A stretch of DNA of 32,000 bases from Pyrococcus yayanosii CH1 (GTDB lineage: Archaea; Methanobacteriota_B; Thermococci; Thermococcales; Thermococcaceae): contig NC_015680.1 of NCBI RefSeq assembly GCF_000215995.1, forward strand, positions 1,283,160-1,315,159, read 5' to 3'. The notes under the pieces are model-generated. The model was not told where the DNA came from. It searched no databases and saw nothing but the letters and a program-made list of their open reading frames with translations. Numbering within the stretch: position 1 is the first letter of the stretch; the number at the start of each line of letters is the position of its first letter. Both the position numbers and the translations under genes were made by a program. Positions 1 to 8,286 of this stretch are shown here, piece by piece.

Positions 1-774
1 GAATCTCTCCCAGCTCAAATTTGCAGCCACGTTCCTTCTCGGATCAACCGGATCAAGCACAATAAGAGGATTATCCTCCTTAATCTCCCTCCCAACCGTT
101 TTCATCGCAATCTCAGGCTCCCTCCTAAGCCAGCGGGCGGGATCTATTATTTTCTGCTTCAGCATCAGATCAGCTTTTTCCAAGACGTCCAAGAAGGAGC
201 CGTAATGAATAACCAGGATCTCGGCCAGGTAACCAGAGAATCCCCTGACGTAGGCCTCGCTCCCGTATGCCCTTAACCCTTTGAAGAACCTCTTGAGGAG
301 CCGCACCTCGTCATTCCTTCCCCCAAGGTTCTCGATGACCCACCGTGTATGAAGGATTGACCTGTCAACTGCCGTTCTAACCTCCCTCCAGTCCTTCACA
401 TCGTAACAGGGAACGATGTCAACGTGGAAGCCCCTGTATCGGGCCCTGACGTAAGGGTGTTCCGCGTAGCCGATTTCATACCCTTCCAGCCTCTCACCTA
501 TCATCCTTGCGAGCCGGAAACCCTCTTCCCTGACTTCTTTGAGAGGGACATCGATGGGAAAGGCCAGGAAGAGATCAACGTCATGGTCCCCAGACAGGTA
601 GGTATCCTTCGCAATGGAGCCAACGAGGACGGGCCTCACGTCCAAGCCAAACTCCTCAATCTCCTCCTCAGCGATCTTGATAAGTTCGCGCGTTATGGAA
701 TCGACTAACTTCCTTTCCCCTTCTCCTGGCTTAACCCTCGCGAGAACCCTTTCGATGACTTCATGAACATCCAT
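1..774 (-). CDS. cca: CCA-adding tRNA nucleotidyltransferase (archaeal class I), N-terminal part; the 3' end runs off the window
   Basis: Absent from the ORF track because it is open to the window edge. My minus-strand translation from the ATG at 772-774 reads MDVHEVIERVLARVKPGEGERKLVDSITRELIKIAEEEIEEFGLDVRPVLVGSIAKDTYLSGDHDVDLFLAFPIDV... This contains the G-S...D-x-D nucleotidyltransferase signature and resembles the N-terminus of archaeal CCA enzymes. Confidence 0.8.
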   Translation of the reverse strand, partial: MDVHEVIERVLARVKPGEGERKLVDSITRELIKIAEEEIEEFGLDVRPVLVGSIAKDTYLSGDHDVDLFLAFPIDVPLKEVREEGFRLARMIGERLEGYEIGYAEHPYVRARYRGFHVDIVPCYDVKDWREVRTAVDRSILHTRWVIENLGGRNDEVRLLKRFFKGLRAYGSEAYVRGFSGYLAEILVIHYGSFLDVLEKADLMLKQKIIDPARWLRREPEIAMKTVGREIKEDNPLIVLDPVDPRRNVAANLSWERF

Positions 775-984
775 GGGCTCTCGTCTTCCAAAGAGCTTAA
801 AGATGTTTCGAAAGCAATCATATAACTTCTGCCCCATGAAGTTAACTTCTTTCTGGGGTGCGTCTTAGCAAGGCTTCTGAAAGCACTCGGTGATTCCTCC
901 TTTCTCGAAAAGATCAGGAAAGGTAGGAATGTGTTCTATTAGGATTCCCGACCAAATACTCGAGGCATGTTTCCTGCCCTGAGA

Positions 985-1539
985 TTACTCAGCCAGCTCG
1001 AACCTCGCGAGTGTTTCATATATGGGACCCTTCGGCGTGAGGGTGCTCTTCTTCAGCTCTATCGCCTCCACCCTGAAGGTCCCGAAGTCCTCATTAGCCA
1101 GGGCCCTGAGCTTCTCGGCGAGGCCAAGCTTGTCCTTGACGAACTTCACCCTACCTATCGTCACGTGGGCCACGAATTCCTTGTCCCTCTTGAAGCCGAG
1201 CTTGGCTAAGGCCTCATCTATCTCCCTCGCCATAGCTCTAATCTGCTCATCGTTCTCCACACCCGCCCAGATTACGCGAACGTAGTTAGGGTTCGGAAAG
1301 ACTCCAATCCCCCTCACCCTGACCTCATGCTTCTTGAACTTGGCCGCTATCCTACTGAGAATGGCCTTTATCTCCTCAGCCTGCTCCTCCGTTATTTCTC
1401 CGAGGAACTTGAGTGTTATGTGGAGGTTCTCGGGCTCGACGAACTTTATCTTGGCATCCTTTGTGCCAATGAACTCCTGGGCTCTGACTATGGCGGACCT
1501 GACGTTGTCAGCCACGTCTATGGCTATGAAGGCCCTCAT
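985..1539 (-). CDS. thpR: RNA 2',3'-cyclic phosphodiesterase / 2'-5' RNA ligase family (2H phosphoesterase)
   Basis: 184-aa ORF with two H-x-T-x motifs (LHITLKF and AHVTIGR) at the spacing typical of the LigT/ThpR 2H family. Confidence 0.8.
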   Translation of the reverse strand: MRAFIAIDVADNVRSAIVRAQEFIGTKDAKIKFVEPENLHITLKFLGEITEEQAEEIKAILSRIAAKFKKHEVRVRGIGVFPNPNYVRVIWAGVENDEQIRAMAREIDEALAKLGFKRDKEFVAHVTIGRVKFVKDKLGLAEKLRALANEDFGTFRVEAIELKKSTLTPKGPIYETLARFELAE

Positions 1540-1604
1540 ACCACCACCGAGAAAAATTAGATGTGGGAGTTAAAGGAGTTTCGACTCAACGTTTCTTCAT
1601 GACG

Positions 1605-1913
1605 TCAAAAGGATTTTTCGATGAGAACCACCAAAGCCAGCTCTATGATGAGGCCGAGGAGCGTGAAATACTCCCACCTGATGTTAATGATGAAGGCTAA
1701 GGCAAGCCACAAGAGCGTGAATGCCCCGATTGCTGTCACTTCCCCCTTTGGAATGCTCCCATCGAGGTATCCCCCAAGCACGATCATGAAAATTAGTCCA
1801 CCAATTTGAACCCACATCCATTGGCGGTTGATTTGTTGTGGAAAGTCCATGAATGCCAGTGCAAAAAGGAAGAGGAAGTAAATGAATGGAAGCACGAAAG
1901 TCCAGCGCTTCAT
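1605..1913 (-). CDS. Small polytopic membrane protein, unknown function
   Basis: ORF 1605..1949. The internal ATG at 1911-1913 (MKRWTFVLPF...) follows GAGGTGA with a 5-nt spacer, so I prefer that start. There are three to four hydrophobic segments and no motif I recognise. Confidence 0.5.
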   Translation of the reverse strand: MKRWTFVLPFIYFLFLFALAFMDFPQQINRQWMWVQIGGLIFMIVLGGYLDGSIPKGEVTAIGAFTLLWLALAFIINIRWEYFTLLGLIIELALVVLIEKSF

Positions 1914-2096
1914 GCTTTTCACCTCAAGGATTCGGTAAATGATAATCATTTTTAAGTGTGTAGCTGGCTATTCTGAGGTATTTTAGAACGGGTTCGTACA
2001 CATATCCCGGGGGTACCCAGCGCCAGTGATATTCCCATTTCCAAGCGAACCATACCCACAAGCAACCATATTCATCTAAAAGGTAGTGTCCGAATG

Positions 2097-2537
2097 CTAT
2101 CCCCCTGCCAAGCCCACTATAGCTCCAACAATAGCTCCCGGCACATTGGCGAAGTAAGCACCTATGGCGGCTCCTAATGCAGTAGGCCCAACCTGAAGGA
2201 TGAATGCTGATTTTGCATTGGAGAAGTGCAGGTGTGTAAGCTTATTGCCTTTGATTGAAACAGTGTCCCATGGTTCTATCCCATAGTACTCGTAATCTGG
2301 ATGTGGGTATCGTATCATGTAGCCTTTGACAAAGTATACTCCATCCCACCAGTAGTGTTGCTGTGTATTATAAGCTATGGTAATGGAAGGCTCTTTATTT
2401 ATTAATGGCTTTGATATCAACTGTTGTGTTCTCAATCCAGGGGCTATCATGTTTATGGGAGTCCTTATGGAGTAATTGGCTCCTGAGGAATCTCTGACTG
2501 TCAATATGTATGAGTTATCAATCTTGGTGGAGGTCAT
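2097..2537 (-). CDS. Hypothetical protein with a C-terminal Gly/Ala-rich (glycine-zipper-like) hydrophobic segment
   Basis: 146-aa ORF ending ...GPTALGAAIGAYFANVPGAIVGAIVGLAGG. It overlaps the upstream ORF by 20 nt and may be the 3' part of a frameshifted gene (see findings). Confidence 0.5.
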   Translation of the reverse strand: MTSTKIDNSYILTVRDSSGANYSIRTPINMIAPGLRTQQLISKPLINKEPSITIAYNTQQHYWWDGVYFVKGYMIRYPHPDYEYYGIEPWDTVSIKGNKLTHLHFSNAKSAFILQVGPTALGAAIGAYFANVPGAIVGAIVGLAGG

Positions 2538-2799
2538 ATAAATAACATCTACTATTTTTATCTATACTTGTGTTCTTGATTAGTATCGTTGCTTCATTGC
2601 CATTGGTTTTGTAGTCAATAAGTATGTCTCCAAAAATAAAGACCTGTCTTGTAGGAGTATTCACTAAGAGTCTAGTCGGGAACTCTTTCATAACTACTAC
2701 CTTTGCGTGGGCGGAACTTGACATCGCTGCCGCGCTTCCTGCGGTCACTCCAACCATCAGCAGTCCCAGCAGGACTGCGAACAATGGCTTCCACTTCAA
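2518..2799 (-). CDS. Small secreted protein (Sec-type signal peptide), unknown function
   Basis: ORF 2518..2841. The track start is a TTG with no SD. A TTG at 2797-2799 lies 5 nt after AAGGAGGTGA and gives (M)KWKPLFAVLLGLLMVGVTAGSAAA, a classic signal peptide. The same arrangement occurs in the paralogous leader at 5640. Confidence 0.55.
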   Translation of the reverse strand: MKWKPLFAVLLGLLMVGVTAGSAAAMSSSAHAKVVVMKEFPTRLLVNTPTRQVFIFGDILIDYKTNGNEATILIKNTSIDKNSRCYLYDLHQD

Positions 2800-2978
2800 A
2801 TGGTTCACCTCCTTAAGTTGTCTGCACTCAATAATGTGCAACTTTGCCTTATAAGTTTTTCCGTTTACTTTAAGTAAGATTTCTTCCTTTTTTTCGAGTA
2901 TAAGTTTATTCTAACTGTGATTTTCCTCTTAGAACGAGCCAAAAGAAGTCCGAGTAAGGGAGTTGCATGGAAATGCAA
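2759..2978. repeat. Copy A of a roughly 220-bp duplicated intergenic plus signal-peptide module
   Basis: By-eye alignment to 5600-5819 gives equal length and about 19 mismatches. It covers the first ~14 codons of the downstream gene, the SD, a 30-bp palindrome, TATA-like TTATAAG, a T-rich tract and a small hairpin. Confidence 0.85.
2815..2855 (-). promoter_or_regulatory. Putative archaeal promoter (TATA-like TTATAAG at 2849-2855) plus imperfect palindrome AAGTTGCAC-N8-GTGCAGACAACTT (2815-2844)
   Basis: The TATA-like element lies about 50 nt upstream of the SD-supported start at 2799. The palindrome sits between the TATA box and the SD, where archaeal repressors usually bind. The element is conserved in copy B. 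Confidence 0.45.
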
Positions 2979-3005
2979 TTCTGGCATAAAGAACGAATTT
3001 ACCTA

Positions 3006-4229
3006 TCATCTGGAGTTCCTTAGGAGGATCCCTATGACCAACGCAATCCCGGCGAGTATTACTGCAGGGAGAGCAACGTTGAGTCTGTCATCTCCCCTTT
3101 TGCCCTCCATACCTGGTTCGGTGTTATCATCAGCTGCATACCTCTTGATGACTGGCTCGACCATAACATCGGAAACTTTGAGTTCTGCCTTCGCAATAGT
3201 CAAATTGATCGGCATTTCCCTAAACTCGACTTTCGCCGTGTAACATTTCCCCTCACTTCCATTGCGAGGATTAACCATGATTAAAGTCCCATTGGAGAGC
3301 ACGAGTATGGAGTCATTTGAGATTCTTAGGGACTTTCCGGTAACGTTGGAGTACCGCTCAATGTCCCCACTGGCGTTAATTATGAAAGTTCCGGTCGTTG
3401 TTCCAACGGCACAGGTGCCATTGCAAGCCATTCCGAGAACCTTCATGCTCCAGAAGTCATCCCACTCTTCCTTGTGGGGGCAGTAGTAGGAGTTAAACCA
3501 CTCAACTTCACCGTCCGGGGAGACCTTTAGGACAAAGTACTCAGAGATCCACGGTGCATCGCTCCCGCCACCGTAAACACCAGCCACAAGGCCGCTTTTT
3601 TCAAAGCTCGCCCCAACGTCCGGGCGGTCGTAGTAGCCTGTATCAAAAACTTTTGCCCAGAGGAGAGTCCCGTTTAACGAGACTGCCCCGATAAGAAGGT
3701 GGGACTTGGGATCGTTTGGAATGGTTGCAATTCCGATTAATAAGATGGCGTTGTGGAGTGGGACAACGGCTGTTAGATCTATTCCCCTCCCAGGAGAGGT
3801 TTCATTGGTTTTCAAAACTAACCTGCGGGCCCAGAGGGGATTTCCATCCTGGCTTAAGAGCCCGAGAATGTTTTTATTTGCGAAGGCAACTTCTCCATCG
3901 GGTAAAACAGTCACAACGTCTGTACTGACGTTCTTTGCCCACAACAGATTTCCATTCCCATCGAGCCTGACCAGAATCTCACCTGCGAGAAGAACGCCAT
4001 CCTTTGTAGGGATAAGGTGTTTAAGTGTAATATCCGCTGGGATTTTAGCTTCCCACACTTTATTGCCGTGGTTGTCCAGTTTTATTATGGCACTCTCGTT
4101 GGTCAAGGCATAGAGCCCATCGTTCGAGATAACTGCATCACTGAACTCCCAGTTCTGGGAGAGTGTGTCTTTTAAATACACAGGGGATAACAATAGGGAG
4201 AGAATAAAAAATGAAATCCATCTTTTCAC
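3006..4229 (-). CDS. Surface-anchored beta-propeller repeat protein (PQQ/BamB-like repeats), N-terminal signal peptide and C-terminal TM anchor
   Basis: 407 aa. The N-terminus is MKRWISFFILSLLLSPVYL. Repeated D-G-x-L/V...G-N-x-L/V-W-A/E units occur (NHGNKVWEAK, GNGNLLWAKN, QDGNPLWARR, LNGTLLWAKV). The C-terminus is LPAVILAGIALVIGILLRNSR. A GTG start follows GAGGGGTGA. Confidence 0.6.
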   Translation of the reverse strand: MKRWISFFILSLLLSPVYLKDTLSQNWEFSDAVISNDGLYALTNESAIIKLDNHGNKVWEAKIPADITLKHLIPTKDGVLLAGEILVRLDGNGNLLWAKNVSTDVVTVLPDGEVAFANKNILGLLSQDGNPLWARRLVLKTNETSPGRGIDLTAVVPLHNAILLIGIATIPNDPKSHLLIGAVSLNGTLLWAKVFDTGYYDRPDVGASFEKSGLVAGVYGGGSDAPWISEYFVLKVSPDGEVEWFNSYYCPHKEEWDDFWSMKVLGMACNGTCAVGTTTGTFIINASGDIERYSNVTGKSLRISNDSILVLSNGTLIMVNPRNGSEGKCYTAKVEFREMPINLTIAKAELKVSDVMVEPVIKRYAADDNTEPGMEGKRGDDRLNVALPAVILAGIALVIGILLRNSR

Positions 4230-4242
4230 TTTATCTCACCCC

Positions 4243-5640
4243 TCAGGACTTTGCAAAATATTGGCTGGCGGATTTATCTGGCGCGAAGCATCCTCCACAG
4301 TGTGCGTTTGCCCACTTTGCGTATTGGCAACCGTATCCATTGCAATTTCCTCCAGACTTGCATACCAGCCAGTAAGGATTAGTGACTATCTTAGTAGTGT
4401 ATCTATATGGTGGGCTCTGAGGGTCTGCGAATAGGGATTTTCTGTACGCTGGGGAGGGTAGGCATCTAACGCTCTCTCCGCTGAAATAGCAATCATACTG
4501 GAAGATTAAGTTTGTTTCTTCATATTTCCTTGTTTCTTGGCGGTATACCCTTGCTGAGTAGAAGAACTTTATCTGGATAGATTTTACGTTGAGTCCCCAG
4601 TTTCTGCCTATCTCTCGAGCGGTCTCCCAATAGATATCCCTGATTGTCGATTCTCTGTTATCTGGGGGAAATGTGTAGGTGCACCAGTCTCCAATGTGAT
4701 AGTCCACATTTGGGAACTCTGAACTGTACATTCCAACCCACACGGCAACTGGTGTGAGGCCAACAAAGGTGTAAGTTTGGTAGCTTTTAAGTGGGGATAG
4801 GATCCTATAAAAGCTCAGACAACATTCAAAATCCTCATAATAACCTCTCTGGATTTCTCTGCAATTTATCTTTCCATTGCTCTTTAACTGACAATTATGA
4901 TTACCCGCGCCGCTAATAGCTAAGCTGTTGCTATTTGATAGCAAAGATTTAGTTTGTAAATCATCTCTTAATGCTGCATATTCCCTGAGTTGGTTCCACA
5001 ATATTGACTGATTGTTTATCAGTAAAAAGATTCTATTGACAACCTCTTCCGTAGCATTTTTTGAATTGGTGGTGTTTTCGAGTATCTCATTTATCTCATT
5101 ATCAATTAGTACTATTTTATCAAAAGTCATCTCACCCATAATAGAAAGCTTTGTTACGACGTCTTTGGGAGTTTTTACGTCTTCGGGGTTGGGTATCTTG
5201 TCTTTGTATCCCTTCAACTCCTCACTTGTTAGTCCCATATACTCACCGTTTAGATATTGCTTATATAATCGTATGCTCTGTCCTTTTCTTTGATAAAATG
5301 CCCTTTTGCTTTTTAACACTTCGATCTCCCTATGAAGCTCAACTATCTCCTTCAATAGTTGGAAATCCCTTGTAGTTCTTACTTCCTTGGAGAGTCTACG
5401 TAATAGATTTTCTTTTTGGTTAATATCTAACGTGATTTTTTGAACTGTCATATTTATCTCATAGAGGGCAATATCCGGATCAAAATTTGTACATGTGCTT
5501 GTACCGTTATATCTATTTTGGAACGTAAGTAATGTCTGGATCGAAGGTTTGCTGTAAACAATGTCCGTTGCATCCAGTTTGAATGTTGTCCATACGACAA
5601 GCAGTCCCAGCAGGACTGCGAACAGCGGCTTCCACTTCAC
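4243..5640 (-). CDS. Large secreted protein: signal peptide, central coiled-coil-like region, Cys-rich C-terminal half; unknown function
   Basis: ORF 4243..5682. I prefer the GTG at 5638-5640, 5 nt after AAGGAGGTGA, giving (M)KWKPLFAVLLGLLVVW. The heptad-like K/E/L-rich segment reads ENLLRRLSKEVRTTRDFQLLKEIVELHREIEVLKSKR. The last ~230 aa hold many Cys residues (CC, CKSGGNCNGYGC, HCGGC) and there are many N-x-S/T sequons. Confidence 0.6.
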   Translation of the reverse strand: MKWKPLFAVLLGLLVVWTTFKLDATDIVYSKPSIQTLLTFQNRYNGTSTCTNFDPDIALYEINMTVQKITLDINQKENLLRRLSKEVRTTRDFQLLKEIVELHREIEVLKSKRAFYQRKGQSIRLYKQYLNGEYMGLTSEELKGYKDKIPNPEDVKTPKDVVTKLSIMGEMTFDKIVLIDNEINEILENTTNSKNATEEVVNRIFLLINNQSILWNQLREYAALRDDLQTKSLLSNSNSLAISGAGNHNCQLKSNGKINCREIQRGYYEDFECCLSFYRILSPLKSYQTYTFVGLTPVAVWVGMYSSEFPNVDYHIGDWCTYTFPPDNRESTIRDIYWETAREIGRNWGLNVKSIQIKFFYSARVYRQETRKYEETNLIFQYDCYFSGESVRCLPSPAYRKSLFADPQSPPYRYTTKIVTNPYWLVCKSGGNCNGYGCQYAKWANAHCGGCFAPDKSASQYFAKS

Positions 5641-5820
5641 GTGGTTCACCTCCTTAAGTTGTCTGCACTCAACACTGTGCAACTTCTCCTTATAAGTTTT
5701 TCCGTTTATTATAAGTAAGATTTCTTCCTTTTTTTCGAGTATTAATTTATTCTAACTGTGATTTTCCTCTTAGAACGAGCCAAAAGAAGGTCGGGTAATG
5801 GAGTTGCATGACGATGCAAC
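5600..5820. repeat. Copy B of the roughly 220-bp duplicated intergenic plus signal-peptide module
   Basis: Aligns to 2759-2978 (see copy A). It ends in the hairpin GTTGCAT-gacg-ATGCAAC (5803-5820). Confidence 0.85.
5656..5696 (-). promoter_or_regulatory. Putative archaeal promoter (TTATAAG at 5690-5696) plus palindrome AAGTTGCAC-N8-GTGCAGACAACTT (5656-5685)
   Basis: Same layout as 2815-2855. The two substitutions inside the palindrome region fall in the central 8-nt spacer (agtgttga versus attattga), and both arms are identical. Confidence 0.45.
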
Positions 5821-5852
5821 AGGGGATACGATAAGTGTAGAAGAAGAAAACC

Positions 5853-6314
5853 TCACTCCCTCACCACGACCGGGAACTCCTCCCAGGGGAAGACTATCCA
5901 TTTATCAGTTCTAAAAACGTAATAGTCTGGAACGACGCTCGTCCAAGGCTTCATGGCCAAGCAGGCGACCTTTACATCCTTGGCCCCCAGCTTTTTGACC
6001 TCATCGATGACAACTTCAAGGGTCTTTCCGGTGTCGCTCACATCGTCAACTATCACGACCTTCTTCCCCTTCAGATCACCATGAATCGGGATTGTTATGA
6101 CGGGCTTCTCGGCCCTCTCGTCTATGCCCTTATAGAACTTCACGTCGATGACCTTAAGGGGCACGTCGTTGAGGATGTGGCTGAGCCTCACGGCTGGTAT
6201 CAGGCCGCCTCTCGCAACCCCCACTATGACGTCCGGCCTATATTCCCGGAGCTTCTCGGCAAGGGCGAATATAGCCCTATCAACCTGCCACCAGGTCAGA
6301 TAGACCTTGTCCAT
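5853..6314 (-). CDS. hpt: Purine (hypoxanthine/guanine-type) phosphoribosyltransferase
   Basis: ORF 5853..6401. I chose the internal ATG at 6312-6314 (MDKVYLTWWQVDRAI...) because it follows AGGGGGTG and removes the overlap with the upstream gene. The PRPP-binding motif is VVIVDDVSDTGKT. Confidence 0.75.
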   Translation of the reverse strand: MDKVYLTWWQVDRAIFALAEKLREYRPDVIVGVARGGLIPAVRLSHILNDVPLKVIDVKFYKGIDERAEKPVITIPIHGDLKGKKVVIVDDVSDTGKTLEVVIDEVKKLGAKDVKVACLAMKPWTSVVPDYYVFRTDKWIVFPWEEFPVVVRE

Positions 6315-6393
6315 GCCAACACCCCCTTGGGCTACGTTGGTTAGAACCTTTAAAAAGTCAGCGGGTACCCAAGACGAAATTGACGCTTCTATG

Positions 6394-8148
6394 TTAATCA
6401 ATGCTCACCCTGCCTTTGTAAACCTCCCGAAGCTCCTCTGGCACGAGCCTGAGAAACTCTTCCTCGCTCCTGAAGGGTCTCTTGGCTATTATCTTGGCGG
6501 CTCTCTTCCTCCCTATACCGGGCAGCCACTCCAAAACCCTGGAAGGCTCCCTGTTGACGTTGATGGGCACGGGAATCCCCGTAACGCTCCTAAGCCCGTG
6601 GTCAACTATCATAACGTCGTAGTAGCGGTCCAGCTTGAGAGGCTTGGGGACCCCGACGATGAGGGGGTAGCTACCGAACTGCCTGCCAAGGGTGAGCCCG
6701 TTCTCGTGAACCTCCATCCTGACATCCCTCAGAATCGTCCCGACAGGAACTATGCGCTTCAGCATGGGCAGGTCTATCTCGTGCCTTATCTTGTAGCGGT
6801 AATGCTTTATCAGGTGCCTGTGCTTCTCCGTCTTCACCTTGTCACGCATATGCCAGATAGGAGTTCCCGGGAAGACGACTACCTGCCTTATGTTTATCCT
6901 TCTCACGAGTAGGCCATCATCGAGTAGCCTCTTAAGGAACTGGAAGGTCAGTTCATAGCTCCTCTTCGTCTCACCGGGCAAGCCGAAGATTATATTTATG
7001 CCAGGCAACAACCAGGGCATGCCATTAGGACCCCTCCTGGCACCAACTTCATTAAGGAGCTTCACAGCCTCATAGGTCTCCTCGGGGGTCGCGTTCAGGT
7101 TGTTGAGCTTGGCAACCTTCGGGTCGGCGCTCTCAAGGCCAAAGGCCACAACGTTGCCAGGCGTGCCGTATTCAATCAGGGTCTTCGCTATCCTCCTGCT
7201 TTCCTCCGGGTAGTTGGCTATGACCGCCGGGTTAGCATTGTCAACGTGGAGCGTCTTCACATGGGGAGCTTTTTGCCGAATGGCCCGAAAGAGCCTCTCC
7301 ACGGCCTCGGGATTTGGTATCGGAACCCTGCCGTTCGGCCTCGCCCCATATGAGAAAATACAACTCTGCCTTCCGACGCGGAAGTGCCTTACTCCGAGGG
7401 CGTAGAGAGTTCCTACCTCAGCGGCGACATCCTCAGGAGGCCTGTTCTCAACGACGGGATAGCGAACTGGTTCCGTGCAGAACGAACAGCCCCCAATTCC
7501 CATGGCCTTTGGACAACCTCTCTGCGCCTCTATTTCGGCTATCACAAAGGCCGGATATCCGGGGAACTGCCTCACGACCTCGGCCCCTAAGAGGGCGTAG
7601 TCGCGAAGCTCTTCATACGTTCTGAAGCGGAAGGGATCTAGCTCTTTACCGCTCAGTAGATCGAAGAGGAAAGCCTCGAGGTCGCCATAGACGACGTGGT
7701 CAAAGACTTCCTCGGCGAGTCTCAGCTCCCTTGACGTTATCTTCACGCCGCCCATCCTGGCGGATCCCATGAAGGCGGGGCCGCCCAGAACCTTGACGGC
7801 CTTGTAGGGCCTCAGGAAGCGGGAAACCTCCTCAACGCTCCCCGGAACCGCGGAGAGGTATTTGCCGGGCGTGTGTAGGCCGCCGATGTAGACTATCAGG
7901 TCTGCCTTATCAAGGATATCACGGACTTTCGGGAAGTTTGGTGTCTTGTTCTTCGTCCTTATGCCGTCTTCTCCCTCGAAGGTTGCCCTAAGGTCGTCTA
8001 TCGTCAGGTAGAAGATGCTCGCGTCCTTCTGCGCCTTCTTTACGGCCCCGTAGGCGTATCTCAGATAGATGCCGAGGTAAGGAGGAACGCCAAGACCGGC
8101 TGGCTCATCTGTGTAGCCGTCTATTATTGCCACTATCATTTCATCCAC
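6394..8148 (-). CDS. Radical SAM domain protein with a B12-binding-like N-terminal domain and a C-terminal helix-hairpin-helix
   Basis: 584 aa. The Cys cluster is [19 protein letters not shown]. The protein has the size and layout of the class B-like radical SAM enzymes. The C-terminus [18 protein letters not shown] is HhH-like. The specific function is unknown to me. Confidence 0.65.
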   Translation of the reverse strand: MDEMIVAIIDGYTDEPAGLGVPPYLGIYLRYAYGAVKKAQKDASIFYLTIDDLRATFEGEDGIRTKNKTPNFPKVRDILDKADLIVYIGGLHTPGKYLSAVPGSVEEVSRFLRPYKAVKVLGGPAFMGSARMGGVKITSRELRLAEEVFDHVVYGDLEAFLFDLLSGKELDPFRFRTYEELRDYALLGAEVVRQFPGYPAFVIAEIEAQRGCPKAMGIGGCSFCTEPVRYPVVENRPPEDVAAEVGTLYALGVRHFRVGRQSCIFSYGARPNGRVPIPNPEAVERLFRAIRQKAPHVKTLHVDNANPAVIANYPEESRRIAKTLIEYGTPGNVVAFGLESADPKVAKLNNLNATPEETYEAVKLLNEVGARRGPNGMPWLLPGINIIFGLPGETKRSYELTFQFLKRLLDDGLLVRRINIRQVVVFPGTPIWHMRDKVKTEKHRHLIKHYRYKIRHEIDLPMLKRIVPVGTILRDVRMEVHENGLTLGRQFGSYPLIVGVPKPLKLDRYYDVMIVDHGLRSVTGIPVPINVNREPSRVLEWLPGIGRKRAAKIIAKRPFRSEEEFLRLVPEELREVYKGRVSID

Positions 8149-8286
8149 CGGTCTATGGAGCCTTTATATCCAGGATGCCTTTAATCTCTTTCTCTTTTAA
8201 TATCATACTCTTTTATAAAAAACCCGCACTAAATACAGTAAAACTTATAAGATTTTATTGTTCTAATAATTACTAAGTGAGATGAA

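Noticed and set aside
424-708. 94-aa plus-strand ORF
   Set aside because: It is antisense to the cca gene, which I could translate continuously from 774 to the window edge.
6307-6912. 201-aa plus-strand ORF antisense to the radical SAM and hpt genes
   Set aside because: It overlaps two strongly supported minus-strand genes. The sequence is Pro/Leu/Gly-rich without motifs, and there is no SD.
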